Notes: generated by a model from the sequence alone, not told the origin. A stretch of DNA of 60,680 bases, filler included, from Hausera hauseri (GCA_046269625.1; 12 parts of 12 records of this genome joined end to end with filler, not necessarily neighbours in it), one strand, 5' to 3'. Shown: positions 22,642 through 37,128, counted from the whole stretch's first letter. Numbers and translations are program-made.

Positions 22642-25600
22642 CTACTGAGTGGCAGACTCTTTTACAAGCTCCTCAAGTGGAACTTCCTTATCCTCCTCAT
22701 CCTCTTCGGCGTATTTAATGTCTCGCCTCCTACAGGCTTCCCACCAGTTCTGCACAGCAGGCATTGGATCATACTGAGTCTCAGATGGAGACAACAGTAC
22801 AATTCTCAACAGCATGTTGAGATTTTCCCCACTCAGCCGAGTCCTGGTGTCCGTCTTTATCAGCTTCATTTCACTGAACCCCCTCTCAGCCTCAGCAGAT
22901 GTAGCGGGGATGGTGAGGATGAGATCAATCAATCGCAGGAAGTTTGGGGCGATGCTGCCATAACGCCTGTTGATTTCACCCCACATCATCTGCAGCAAGT
23001 CACTGGGGTGTCTAAAGGGAATAAAAATCAGAAATAAGTTTTTAAACAACCTGAAAAAAATATTACAATAAGACTTCTTTATAGGAATAGTGGAACTAAC
23101 AATGACTTTCTAGTCCTATTGTTAGTCACTGGTGATATTTTACCGTATACTAATTTTGGTTGTCCACTAAAATTAAGTATTTATACATCCATAAATGTTT
23201 GTCTTAATATTTTTTCCCCATGTTTTTACCTTTTGTACAGGATGTTCTTTAGCAGTGTCCAGTCAGGCAAGATGCAGTCCACATCTATCTCAGCTCTGCT
23301 TAGATTTTCTTTGAAATGTTCTGACAACACTTGAATGTGGTCATCACCAAAATCTGCAAACAAAGAAAATATCCTTAGTAAATGCTGCAAGAATAAAGGG
23401 TGTCAGACATTTCAGGAGTAAACTATTAATTTATTTTAATGCAAATTTGTTAGACATGCTTGTGTTTCTAAAATGTCAGTCATTTTGGTAATATAATAAT
23501 ACCTAAACTTTAAGAAAATGACAAGTTGAAGCACTAACAATTTGAAAATGGCAATTTATTCATTAATCTTGACTGAATTTTACTCATATACATTTTCTAT
23601 CAACAGTCATGATCAATTAGATGCGAGTTTGAAATTAAAGTTCACATTTCTTCTGGCTTCTTCATAATCAGTTGGCCAGGTCTTTAGGTCAGCCAATGAA
23701 GTTGCAGACACAACAGCATCAGTTGTGTCCAACCGGTCCCTCAGGCTTTGAATGAGGTCAATGCAGACAGTTCCAGTGGTCTCCTCTGAGGGGGGGCTGC
23801 CTTCTCTTGTCTGGATGTGCCATCTTTCAATGTCACTCCATCCAGCACATCTAACTCCCGTACCTTATGCAGCTTAGGGCCACACCTGCAAGGTACTTTG
23901 GGAGGAATTAATACTTGCTACTTGTGTCTAATTGCTTTATCAATGGATGTGTTCAACATGCTATAATTATAGCATGCTGAACACAAGTTATGCTTTTGAT
24001 TCATTTTAAACCTGTTAAGGAAGTTTCAGTAATTGCCTCCAATTTGGTAAACATGTTGCATTGGACATTTTACACTTACTGCTCAGTATATTTCTGCAGG
24101 ACTGCAATGTGGGCCTCAAGTTGGTCAGCCACCTCTGCCACTGACAGGGTCCTTCTCTGCAAGAACGTTGAGAGACGAGCCAGACAGATAACTATGTCCC
24201 ACAGGAAGTGGCCAAACAGCACCATGGTCCTGGATGTCAGCTGGTCATGGAACTTGCGTGCTTTCCCCTTGGCCTCCACAGATTGACCATTATCCTTCAC
24301 CTAAAATTATAATTAGTTTCTTTTAAGTTATATCTCAGAAGAGCTGATTGTGAATTGAAATTGCTGGTTAAATGTTTCAGTAATTGAAATTGTTATAACT
24401 CAAACTCACTGGAGAAATTCTCAGATGTATTCAAGACTGTTTTTAGAACAGATCTTTTATGTGAATAATTTATACCTAAAATTGTAAATAATTGTGCTAC
24501 TTAACATTACATTATGACTTTCCAATAAGACTTTTATAATCACACTGCTGTTCTCTTTGCAGAGATATAGGATTTTATTTGATGTCATGACTTACTTGGG
24601 ACAAATGTAAAACAAGTGCAGGATAGATGACCCATAGGTTGTTCAATGCTTGCAGGGTATGGGCCAGCCATCTTGTCCCTCCCACCCGTGTAGGAATAAG
24701 GGGCCTGACTCCTGAAGCACTGCATGCCTCCTTCAGGTTGGACCGGTTGAGTGGACTGTAAAACAGAATAAAATTGCAGATTAGTATTTTAACAGGCATT
24801 TGCTAGTATAGGCAGGTTATTAACTGTTAATAGATTAGGTATCAATTAAAGTAACTTCAGTAATCCAATCAAAATTCCAACAATACATTTTAATGTTGGA
24901 TATTAATGTAACTAACACTAATTTTATGTAGAAAACTTAAAGAAAACTTTAATTAGAGTTACCTCTGTTGATAAAATAAGTAGACATCCAGGAGCAGCTT
25001 CTCGAAAGAAGCATAGCATGGATGCTTTTTCACAACATCCTTTGCTGCAAGCTCGAGGCGATGGGCATAGCAGTGAATTCCTACCAGGGATGGTGCCAGC
25101 TTCTGCACCCTGGTTACCACCCCGTTCTTCCTCCCTATCATCACTGCTGCACCATCTGTTCCCATTGCAACAAGCTTTGGGGCAAAGTCAGTCAGCGATG
25201 TTTGTAGCCCTTGTACTAGTGCTGTGTCCAATGCAGTCAGGATACCTTGACTATCAGCCTTTGCGGTCGCCACCACACCAAGAAAATCAACAGTTACTTT
25301 CCCCTCTGTGCAGGTCCTCGCATACACCATATTTTGGTCCTGTACAGAGGTGTCTGTTGATCCATCCATGACCACACTGGCAAAGTTGGCCCGGCTGACG
25401 CGTTCCTTGACTTTCAGCCTCTCAACCTAGGAGAAAAGAAGAAGGGGAAAAAGTGTTTTAGCAATAAAAGGGACTATTTGTAGTTGATTTATGTGAATAT
25501 TTGATGCTATAAAAAACTGAAAATTTTAAAGAAGACTTATGGTTAGAACAATTCACAACAACCTGATCTACATATTGCAGGTCATATGTTAAACCAATAT

Positions 25601-26588
25601 TTTTTAGCTTCAGGCCCAGAATCTTGGGACCTCAGAAATTACTGTTTTGTGTATGCAAATGTTAGCATATTCCTACAATACTGCTTTTATGCCTATGTAT
25701 TTTTTTGCAATAATTGTGAAACTATTTCATTAACCATTTATTTGCATTAATTGAAAAACTATGGTCGAGCAATTAATACATGGTTGAAAGCCCAAATTCA
25801 CCAACAAAATATAGGTAGCCTTCAGATCCAGGCCTCCCTTGAAAAAGAGATCTGTGATCTCATGGGATTAGTCTGGTTAAAAAATAGTAAAATAAATATC
25901 AGAATTACAACATGATATAAATTTGAGGACGATAGAAACGACAAAATAAAATATCTGTAAGTGAGATGTTACTGGTTCTGAAAGAAATATAGCTCTCACT
26001 CACCTCTCCTATGTGGAATGCAAACTTGGTAGCACATTTGTCTGAGGCATACTCGGTTCTGGCTCCGACATCCAGGCCTTTTAAGCTATCCAAGGCATTC
26101 ATCCACACGAAGTCAGTGTAGGGTCGGTGGTGTTTGGCCAAAGCATGAACTGTCCGGAATTTGAGACACATTCGTTCCAGCTTATCTTGGTTCATTTTTG
26201 CTAGCATCTGCTCTGCAGGGCTCCTCAATGGCGAGATCTCTGCTGCGTTCTCGGCGGCCTGCTCTCTACGGTGCCTCTCGCTGTGCTCGTGCTTAACTAC
26301 TGATGTTAATTGAAATGATTTTGAACCTACCGCAAAGCTGCATTTCGCATCTGCTTGACCATAGTTGTTGTCTCTGCACAAAGAGCAGAACATGAGGTCC
26401 TGCGCCTTATCGAATACAAGCCATGGCCGACCAGAGGCCCACGAAGTCCGATAATCTCTCTTCCTCCTATTTTTATCATATTCCATATCAGCCTTTCGTT
26501 TTTCCGCCTTACTTTGCTGGTTGTGAGAGGCTGTGGAGGGAACCTTCAGTTTCAGTGCCTCAAACATAGATATCTGTCGGTTCGCCAT
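22642..26588 (-). CDS. Spliced hAT-family transposase, ZNF862-like (TTF zinc finger, DUF4371, hAT dimerisation); probably lesioned in exon 5
   Basis: GT-AG exons: 26588-26004, 25426-24963, 24755-24596, 24300-24080, 23885-~23647, 23353-23230, 23011-22642. Motifs RPWLVFD..MFCSLC, VMDGSTD, GTDGAAVM, HCYAHRLELA, GTRWL, TIPATSAEAERGFSEMKLIKT..R.RL. Confidence 0.85.
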
Positions 26589-27013
26589 GATCTCGTCGCT
26601 TTCTCCGAACTACTTTAGTAAAGTTGTGAATTGTCGGCAACTAATAAACAAACTATCCGAAGCACGCGTTGTGCTCATCCGCGGAACTACTTGACAGCCT
26701 CGCCGAGTAAAGTTTGATGATTTCACTGTCAGTGAGGTACAGAAATTCAATATTTTCACTAATAGTAATCACATATAGCGAACTCTTTCTTTGCAAGCTT
26801 TAAAAAAAAACACTTTGAGCAAGTATTTGTATTCATGCGCATTGAGACGAGTTCGAACGGGCGGTGTTGTACTAAATTCAGTTCCCCTGTGTTGGGAGCG
26901 CCTCCCTCATGTTNNNNNNNNNNNNNNNNNNNNNNNNNNNNNNNNNNNNNNNNNNNNTTAATTAATTAANNNNNNNNNNNNNNNNNNNNNNNNNNNNNNN
27001 NNNNNNNNNNNNN

Positions 27014-30000
27014 AATAAATAATTTGGATTACAATAAAAATTTCTACTGGTGTTTACTTTTCAATGAGTAATCTCAAACAATCCAATTCTAATTCAGCAG
27101 ACATACCAGAGGGAGGGTATTTTAAAACCTTACCCCGGCTGGGCGATGACGTGGACGGTGTGGATGCGCACGCAGCCAACAGTAGCAATTGATACTGAGA
27201 ATATCTGTATGAGAGACACGAGCGGTCCAAATGATATAGTTTTCACTACTCCTTACGGGCATTCTTGAAGGGTATTTATGTTTCCGAGAAAACACATTAC
27301 AGTGTTATCAACATTCTCTTCGTCGTTCAACTGCAAGACGATCTCATGTATAATCAAACACATGCGAATCAACACGGAAACATCTAACGAAACAAAACAA
27401 GGCTGCATTGATGGGAGTAGAATGACTGATAAAGCCTTTGATTTTTTGAAACAACGGTTAATATATGTAATTAGAAGTTTGATTCTATTGATCGACAACA
27501 TCCATCTCGTCCATCAGCCGACCCAAACGCCTCTAAAGGCAAAACCATCGGACACTTATTTGACATTTATTTGTTTTAATTTTTACAAACTTCAATGCAA
27601 CGATATCGTAAAGCGTCTCGTATAGAATAATTTACATCAGATTCTGGATGATCGGCGACTGTTGTTTTGGGTGGCGTGATGCGAGAAACGGTTTTTTGGA
27701 CTGAATAAAACTGGAACTCAACGACAAATCCGTCCACAAGCTCCCTGGAAGATTTGAAGAACTGTTTGAGCTTTTCATTGAAAGAATTGTGGTCGGACTG
27801 TGGAGGCGCCCGAGTCCGCATCACCACACTACCCCCCGTTATAAAATGACACTGTCGGGGCGAAAGCAAGAAGATAAAGCAGAGAGGTGTACGCGAACTG
27901 TTGAAAGAAGTAAATTTTTTATGTGATAGAAGCAAAAGCGTGGAAAGAATACTTTTTATGAGCTATTGAATCTTTATATGAACAAGGCATTGAATTTTGT
28001 CGACATTCATTTCTCTGCTGTATTTGCTGAAAGTGACTGTCTTGTGTTTTTTTTCTTGTTGTTTGATTGTTTGCTGAGTTGGCTGGTATAAAGTTAAATT
28101 TTGATTTGGCGTGTCAGCAGCTTGAGAAGTAGTCGGTATGTTGTCTAGCGTAGTGTGTTGTGTTGATGCGGGTTTTGGAACAGCATATAGTCGTGTAGGC
28201 AGAATGGAAGAAGAATTAAAGGAATCAAGAAAGGTTTGTGTAAACTCGGGTAAGGATTCTGTTGTGTCATTAACAAAGAATGCGGGTTTCACGTTAGTTA
28301 TGTGAACGTTTTGTTCTTTATCATTTTTAATATGGTAACTGTGTGTGAGGTAAGATTGAGGACTTTAAATGGTCCTAAATAGTTTTGTTGAAAACCGAAA
28401 GGTGAAGGGCCTTTTAACCAAACGACTTTTGCGTTGAATAGTGAATCGGGTAAATATGTTTTATCGCCATGTACTATTTTGCAGAAAGAGTCCTTACTTA
28501 ACTGGACAAAGTGATTTTGTGCAGACATAATAGTTTCGTCAGTTGGTGTGTTGTCCAAATTGGTGAGCTCAAACAGTGCACGAATTGTGGTACCAAAAAG
28601 TGCTTCAGCAAGTGCGCAACCGGTGGTAATAGATGGCGTGTTGCGACACTCGAGTAAAACAAAAGGAAGGATGGTTATCTAATTCCTATTACTTTCGGCT
28701 AGGATTTTTAACGAGATCTTGAGAGTGCGATGAAAGCGTTTTAATAAGCCGTTCGACTGGGGGTAGTATGGAGTTGTGCGTATGTGATTTATGCCCAGTC
28801 GATTAACTTGAGATTTGAATAGGGTCGATTCAAATTGGGGACCTTGGTCTGTCATTATATAGCGAGGTGAACGAAACCGGCTAATCCAAATCTTTATAAA
28901 TGCGTCAGCAATGGAGTCTATATTGATGGAGCGCAAAGGGACGGCTTCCGGCCAACGAGACGCGCGGTCCATCATTGTTAAGATGAATTGGTGGCCGTTA
29001 TCGAAAGGTAATGGGCCGATGATATCTATGTGGACTGATTCAAGGCGGGATGTACATGGGAAATGGAATAATGGTGGTTTAAGATATTTAGCTACTTTGA
29101 ACTTTTGGCAAGCTACGCATTGACTAACCCAGTACTGTATATCAGACCTCATTGATGGCCATGTTACGTGGCATTTTAGAAGGTGGAATCTAGCCTTGGA
29201 ACCTGTGTAATGCAAAAAATGAACATGTTGAAATGAAGTTTGTTGGAGAGGTGTCAAAATTGGCAAATGTTGTCCAGGTGTCGAAATATCCATGACTATT
29301 CCATCGATGACTTGCATGGATTTGCATTGTTCCAGTATTTCATTGGAAGGTGGAGTTTGAATTAACTGGTCCTTTGAGAATATTGGTGACGCTAACTGCC
29401 CCAACTGACTGTGATAAGTCGGCTATTAAATTATCTGTGCCGTAAATATGGCGAATTTTGAAGTTACATGTTGACAGATATGAGATATGGGATTCTTGTC
29501 GCAGTGATGGTTGTTTCATATTCATTACGTGAACAAGAGGTTTGTGGTCCGTTTGGATAGTGAAGGAACGAGCGATAAGCAAATGTGAAAAATGTTTCAG
29601 AGCTAAAACAATGGCCAGGAGTTCTCTATCGAAGGTAGAATAATGGAGTTCTTGTGGCTGCAGCTTGCGTGAATAGAATTCTAGCGGCTCATTTATACCT
29701 TGAGATATTTGATGAAGAACTGCTCCCACTGCTGTAGTTGATGCGTCGGTTGTTAAAATGAGATCAGCATCAGGTTTTGGGAAAACTAAAATTTCGACTG
29801 TTTTAAGCTTCTTGTTCAGTTCATCGAACTGGTTAACAAGTTCTGGTGTCCAATATGAGCTTTTTCCTCCGTCCTGTTCCTAGTTGAGCGAGAGGAACAG
29901 TTAACTGGCTACAGTGTGGGACGCATTTATGGACAAAATGTAAAGTCCCAAGGATACTACGCATATAAGTAGTGGTTTTTGGTAGCTCGATGTTTCGTAG

Positions 30001-31813
30001 CTGACGGATTCTACCAGGTTGTGGACTGTGACCGTCAGGTGTGATGACGTGGCCAAGGAAATTTACCTTTTTCTGAAAGAAGGAACATTTTGAAAAGTTC
30101 ACTTGCAAATTGTAGTTCTGCATGCGTTGGAAAACTAGTCTGAGATGTTCTTCGTGTTGTTTGGGCAGTGCCGATGCGACTAGTATGCCATCAATGTATG
30201 GATATGCAAATGGCAAACCTGAAAGAACTGAATCGATGTGCCATTGGAAAGTTTCTGCTGCGTTCTTTAAACCGAACGGCATGAATGCGTATTCGAAAAG
30301 ATCAAAAGGTGTTATTATGGCCGTTTTTGGATGTCTTCTGGTGCTACCGGTATTTGGTGGTAGGCTTTTCCGAGATCTATAGTCGAATAGATTGTTGTCT
30401 TGTGTAAGGAATGTAATATATCCTTAATCAAAGGTAGAAAATAAGCGTCCATGGTAGTGACGTTATTAAGTTGTCGATGATCGCTGCATGGACGGAATGT
30501 TCCATCTTTCTTTGGGACGACGTGGAGTGCTGATGCCCACGGTGATTTTGAGCGTTTCATGATGCCAGCTTGCTCGAGTGCAGAGAATTCCGCTTGTACT
30601 GTCTGTCGATGGCGTGATGAAAGTGGGCGGAGTTTCTGCCTAAAGGGCCTAGGATTTTCTGTGATATGATGAAGCGTCATGTTAGCCGGTCGAAATGCTG
30701 GGTCTTTTTTAATTGTATGGAAACAAGACTTCACTAAGTATTGTTGCATTTCCTGGCTAAGTGTAGTAAAGGCTGTTGTTGTTATAGCAGTGGATTAATG
30801 GGATTTAGTGTGAAAAACGCTAGAAATCGAGTCGCATAAATAGTACTTATCAACGCTTTTGTTCCTCTATTACCGGACTGCAACAAAAACGTTGGATTAT
30901 TTATATTGGTATTAATGATGTTATTATTTGCGGTGGCTGATGGTTCTTTTAACATCGATTTTATAGGCGAGATAAATTGCATGATCAGTTGGTTATTTGC
31001 AGAGGTCGGTTTTGTTAAACTACTTTTAATGATCCGACGTTGTCTACAATCTACAAGGAAGTTGCAGAAGGATAAGAAATCAGACCCAAGTGTTGGAGAT
31101 TGTGTCGGTAACGATGAATGTCCAACTGAAAATGTCGGAAAATGGTGCTAAAGTGAATGCAACTTTGGACGTGCCGAAAATGCGTAAAGCTTGGCAGTTA
31201 GCTGTATAATTTAGTGCTAGATGGTGAGATAAATGGTGTTTTGATGGATGGTGGTAACAAAAAAACAGCAGCCCCAGAGTCAATGAGGAAGTTGATTGAT
31301 TGATTGGGTTTGAATGTTAAGAAGGCTTGAAATGTGAAAACAGTGTAGGTACGGCTATTAGAATGAAGACGTTTGCCTCGGCCAGTATGTGCCGAAACAT
31401 CTGGCGGCTTTGCCAGTTTTTTTGGATAGTAGAATTTGGTGAGTCGGGAGAATTATAATGGAATTGGTTAAGTCGACTGGAAAATGTGCCACCGTTGATG
31501 CCGTTTCGGGCTTTATTGCTGAACCTATTATGATGAATGAAAACAATGTCAGATTTTTGAAAATCTGATGTAAAGAATTTACACCCAAACAATATTTGCT
31601 GGATTGGTTCTTGAATTTAGTGATAATAGCACACCATAGGTCGAGTAGGGGACCTAGCGGATCTAGAATTTTGCGATGAAGGACGGCTAGGATTGGGTGT
31701 GAATCGACCTCGTCGCGGCATGGATACATTGTCCAATTTAGAAGTTAAAGCAGAAATGGCTTGGTGTATTGCCGTGTTTTCAGCCCGGAGAGCATTTATT
31801 TGGTTATTTAGCG
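27014..31813 (-). mobile_element. CsRn1/Kabuki-like Ty3/gypsy element, decayed (gag C-terminus to 3' LTR)
   Basis: NFLIDSGA protease; SPWASALHVVPKKDGTFRPC RT; RNase H YSTFDRELLA; integrase HIDIIGPLP, RWPEAVPL. PPT GGGGGGTAG (27829-27837) precedes TGTGGTG at 27828, the putative LTR start. Confidence 0.88.
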
Positions 31814-32335
31814 NNNNNNNNNNNNNNNNNNNNNNNNNNNNNNNNNNNNNNNNNNNNTTAATTAATTAANNNNNNNNNNNNNNNNNNNNNNNNNNNNNNN
31901 NNNNNNNNNNNNNTTTTGTTTAACTGTCTATTTATGTTAATTTTTTTGGACTATGAATCCAATAATAATAATATAAATAATAATATTAAACAAATGGTTA
32001 AAGAAATAAAAAAATTGATTTTCAATAAAAAACATTTATTGAATTAAAACCTTTTCAATTTTGTTGTAGTTGTCGCCATTTTTTTCTCATTATCATTGAT
32101 TACAATAACAGAAATTTTTACAAACTTTTTTCTTCATAATAATAATTTCATCGTCGGTATAAATGTATAGAACAATAACATAAACAATTATTAAAGTCGT
32201 TGTGTATATCTGTAATTCGAATAGAAGTACTAAGAATGACGATATTAATGTCGCAATACAGAGCGAGAGAAATGCTACGTTTAAAAAATATATACAAGAC
32301 TGTGGTTAATCGAATCAGTAAAGTAATAATAATAA

Positions 32336-35300
32336 TCATATCAAACACATATCAAAGTCGTTCAGTTCTTGATTGTTCTGTAAAAAACTGTTACGTTTGT
32401 AATCAATAGTTTGACTTAAATCTTTAAAGCTTGACCCGCCATTGGGATGATAGGACATTTCTTTGACAGTTATTTTTGACATAGCTATTTTATATGGACC
32501 GTAATGAGACAATGTAAATGCAGAATCCGTATGGTCTTTTTCATGATGAGCTAACACACTGGCACGTGAATTGAACAATTGTTCGCAGATACTGCATGTA
32601 TGAGCTGGAATTCCGAGATGTTCGCGTACAATATGACCTTTACTATTTCCGACAAAACGTGATTCATATTCACAGATGGAACATTTGTATGCGACTTCCG
32701 ACTGTTTGTGACGGACTACAACGTGAAATTCATCGGGTACGATTATCTCGCTGGAACTGTTGAAACCCAAACTATCATCATTCACTTCGTCACTTAGTTG
32801 GCTCGTATCGCTTTTTGGATTTGATCGATTTTTCGACTGAGGTTCTGAATTCATTAAATTTTGCATCGATAATGATGCGTCGAGAAGCGAATAGAATTTG
32901 GATTTGTTCACATTTTTTGACTTTCCTTCCCAATTTTTCTTTGAAAATGTCTTAATGCGATCTTCGACGGACAGTTCGGCAAGCGGTTTAATAACGCTTC
33001 CTTTCCATTTCATTTTTGCCAATTGCAATAAAAGATGATCTGGCAGAAGTGAAGTATCCTCGCGGCTTAAACGCGAACAATGCATGGCTGCGGCTTTGAA
33101 TCTTTCAGGAATGCGTGCATGTACGCCGAGAATATGTTTCTTCACGTCTCCCATACCGTGTGGCGAAGATGATGGGCACCCACTACAGCAAAATATCCTG
33201 CGACCATCACGACGGATGATAAAAATTTTATATTTTGAGTAAATGTTCATTTTTTCTTGAAGAACGGGAAAAAAACTTGGTTCACAATATCCATCAGTGA
33301 GACACTTGAGAGCTTCGAGTGAGTATGGTAAGTGGATTATTCGTTCAATTTTGCTTTTTTCATTGTCCAATCGAGAAGTAGCATTTTCTTCGGCAGAAAC
33401 TAAAGATTGACTGTGATCGGCATTAGCTATCGAAGGGTCTTGTAGTAATAATGCGGATTGTACAGCTTCTTTCGTGTCTAATTCTGGTACATAATCCACT
33501 TTGAAAGTTGAAATGAGAAATGAATTCGTTTTCGGGACAGCGTTTTCAGCACCGGATGAAACAGAGTGATCCAATACTGATGGATATGGCGAAGACAAAT
33601 CTTGGTCGTTAATTGGAGAATTTTGTTCAAGTAGATCGGCAGAACTAGCACCTGTTTGGTCATTTTGATAATCTCCGGATTTGACACTGAGTGGATCTGT
33701 TGTAGCGTTTAATTTAGGTTGTCCGTCAGGGAATTTTGATTGGCGTTCTGAGGCTAATTGAAGGAGCATGTCGTCTGAGTAGATTTGAAAGTCATTTTCG
33801 CGGCAAATTCGTGATGCTTGACAACAAACTGTGATAAGAGACTGAGGGATTTTTGCATGGACTCCCATGACATGTCGTCGAGCATCGGCCAGAGTTGCAG
33901 CGCGCATTTTCAAATCAGGAATTCGAGCTGTATGAAAAACTCGCCCACAGGGACATTGAAACGCAACTGTCCGGTCATTCTTGCATAATCGCTTCAAACT
34001 GTATGTGGAATAAAGACGCATCTTAATCACGATTCCATTAACTTGCTCGTCTGGAACCATCGACTGCAAAAGAGTTTTTAACACACTTTCAGAGAACGGA
34101 AGAGACAAACTAAAGCTGGAATCTGCATTCAAATGCAACGAGCTCAAACCCTTTCGACCACCTAATGAATGTTGTCCATGAATGACGCTTTCCATTTTAA
34201 TTGGTGACTTTGCTAGGATATATTCTTTGGACGAGGAAAATGAGTACGCTCTCTTTTTAGCTGCCCAACCAGCTTTCTGAGAACGAGTATTATGTGTTGA
34301 GCTTGATAAACTGACAGATTTTTGTTTTGTTCGCCTACTGAGGTCTTTGGCAAAACTGAGAATTTTGTCGTCAGGAAGCAAGGTAAATTCATTAGGGTCG
34401 AAACGGGATGCCTGTAGACAAAATCAAAAATGTTTTGTGGAAATTCCACGATGGGAAACCATTATGTGTTTTCGCACATGTGCAAGAGCATATGGTGATG
34501 AGTAAGTACATTGGTTCCACAGAAATCGCCGACTGTTATCATAGTTCTGTATAAGAATTGAAATGGTACTATAAGCACGCATCTTCTCTGCAAGATATTG
34601 TTGCATTAACGTCGGGAGGAATTCGGTCAGTTTGCGCAAAGCCAGAATTGAACACGACAAAGGCACTTTCATTTTGTCTTTATCGATTGTCTTTGGCCGC
34701 ATATTCCGCATAGTCAATTGTTCCTGCATATCTTGAAATTTATTGCTGCTTTTCGGTAACCGAGTATATTTCAAGCATTCTTTTACAAATTCCTTTTCAA
34801 TGTCCAAATGCACGGCTATAAAGTGGCGTTTGAAATCACCGAATCCATATGTAAAGACTTTGTGGCACTCTGGACATTCTGGAATGCGTCCATAATTTTC
34901 TTTTCCAACAATGTTAATCTAATACTGACTCAACTGACGCATTTTGGCAACAACCATTTCTTTCTGCTGATGAGGAATGAGTGGTGTGTGATCATTGTCG
35001 TCAGAATCATTGATCAACACTGAGAAGGTGTTTTCCGCTGCACAAATGCGATAGTCGCAAATTTCTGAGTTGCCGCCGCACGAGTAAAATGGCAACAGTG
35101 GTTTATAAGACTCATCATCTGGTTGGGTGATTATAGAACCGCAAACGGCGGAATACGTCAATCTACAGAGGTAGTGTCGCCATGATCCTCTTCCGTCGAT
35201 GTCTTCATAGACATTCAATTTGCTCGTACATTCTTCCGTGAGATATTGTTTCAGCCATGCATCAAGGTACACGTTGTCTGAAAACAAACTACAATGTGGA

Positions 35301-36661
35301 ACACTAATCGGTAACCGAAATGAACATCGGTCTGTGCTCAGATCCTGTGCATTTAAAATGAAAGAAGCAACATTGGTAAAACAAGGATCACGATCAGCTT
35401 TCTGGGATTTATTGTATACTTTATTGACAGAATCACAAGAACTAATTAGTTTCTTCAATGGAGTTTCGGCGACTTTTTCTTTAATTTGGATTTTTTCATA
35501 CTTCTGCGAAACAGTAATATAAAACACCTCATACACCAACCGGAAATCCGATGGCAAAGGACTAAATTTCATCGACTCAAATATTTCCAATCGCTCCAAA
35601 GAACTGTGCGACAAACCGAATGCAGCTGCCTTCTTTTCCGGAACAAGAGTATAAACATGGGGCTTGGATATGTCCGTTTTTCCATGGGGGCGGACGAACG
35701 CGACAGAGTGGAACAGATACGACGGTTTGTCAATGTGAATACTGCATCCGCCTTTGATCAATTCAGAAAAACTGACGAAAGCAAATCAATTGCGAATAGA
35801 AAATTGTAAATTTTCAACACGAACTGTTCCAACGAATGCGCTTTGCTTACTTGTCTGTATGTTAGTACTCTCAGCAACGACCTTTGGCTTGAGACAGTTT
35901 TCTACCAATGTCGAACACGGCTGGATGTGTTCGGCACCGCCTAATTGAAATCGATTTTCCAGCAGCAACGCATTAATGGCTTTAGCTGCACCTTTGGATT
36001 GATCACGAGTAACATGGGCTTTATACTTCAATTGATTGTAATTAACGACCTCGACTGGTGATTTGTCCAGGTAGGAAGTGTCCCGTTCGTCTGTGAGTTT
36101 GCTGTCATTGTCTTGGCTATACGATACTGTCGATGACCCTTCAGAAGAACTTGGAAAAATAACTTCAACATCTTCCGACCCATTCAGTGCACGAGCTGAT
36201 TGGTCTACTGAGCGACGAGATTTTATGGTAACGACTTCAAATTCCGGAACCGATGATTCCAAAAATACACTTTCGTTCGATTTAGAATCCAAACTAATCG
36301 ATGACATATCATAGAAACTTCGGTAGAAATCCGCCATTGTGTATGGAGAACTACTGTCCATGTCGGGTGAAAAGTAATTTCTTTCTTACGAACTCTTTTT
36401 AATTTCATTCATTAATGAAAATGATTCATGCAAATTTGAAATATTCTCCATGGAATCTAATTGAGAAACCGAAGGGAAATTACAAGTTGATGGTAAATTG
36501 TGATTGGACAATTGTTCATTGATACTTTCATTTTCAACGTCCTCATAACTTAAATTGTCAGAATTAATCCGTGATATTTAAGCAGGTGTCAAAACGCATT
36601 CATCGCTTAAATTTTCTTTCTCATCAACATCATGTTTCGCATGGTTTTCAAATGTAAATAA
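32336..36661 (-). pseudogene. Multi-C2H2 zinc-finger protein gene, one large exon with five in-frame stops; 3' 681-aa part open
   Basis: Track ORFs 35786-36361, 34919-35761, 34424-34813 and 32336-34381 share one frame. Splice acceptor (tttcag) at 36662. Fingers include CPECHKVF..FKRHFIAVH, CSICEYES..SKGHIVREH and CSICEQLF..VLAHHEKDH. Confidence 0.75.
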
Positions 36662-37128
36662 CTGAAATTTTGAATTTGATCACAAATCAGACGGATTTTG
36701 TCAAATAACACTTGGTCGATTCCGAGAAACAATATAGGTTTGAGTACTGGGATTATTTGCAATTTAACCATGACGAAATAGTTTTCAGCTTCTCACACCA
36801 TTGTTACGATTCAAATCGATAAAAATTATTCCGAAAGCTAATTTCAAAAAAAGCCAAGTACGATTTCAAAAGTTTTCTATTGTCTGGTAGAATATTAAAA
36901 CAAAAAATTAAAATAATACAAGCGCACACAAAGCTGACTCCATGCGATCAGTACAAGTCAAATAAAAAGGTCGCTCTGTTTTAGGCACACTAATATCGAT
37001 TAGTTTCATCAAGATTTCGTGCACACATNNNNNNNNNNNNNNNNNNNNNNNNNNNNNNNNNNNNNNNNNNNNTTAATTAATTAANNNNNNNNNNNNNNNN
37101 NNNNNNNNNNNNNNNNNNNNNNNNNNNN

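Noticed and set aside
32336-36661. Stop-codon reassignment (alternative genetic code)
   Set aside because: All three stop types interrupt the frame, a conserved Cys is also mutated, and other genes terminate normally. Decay is simpler.
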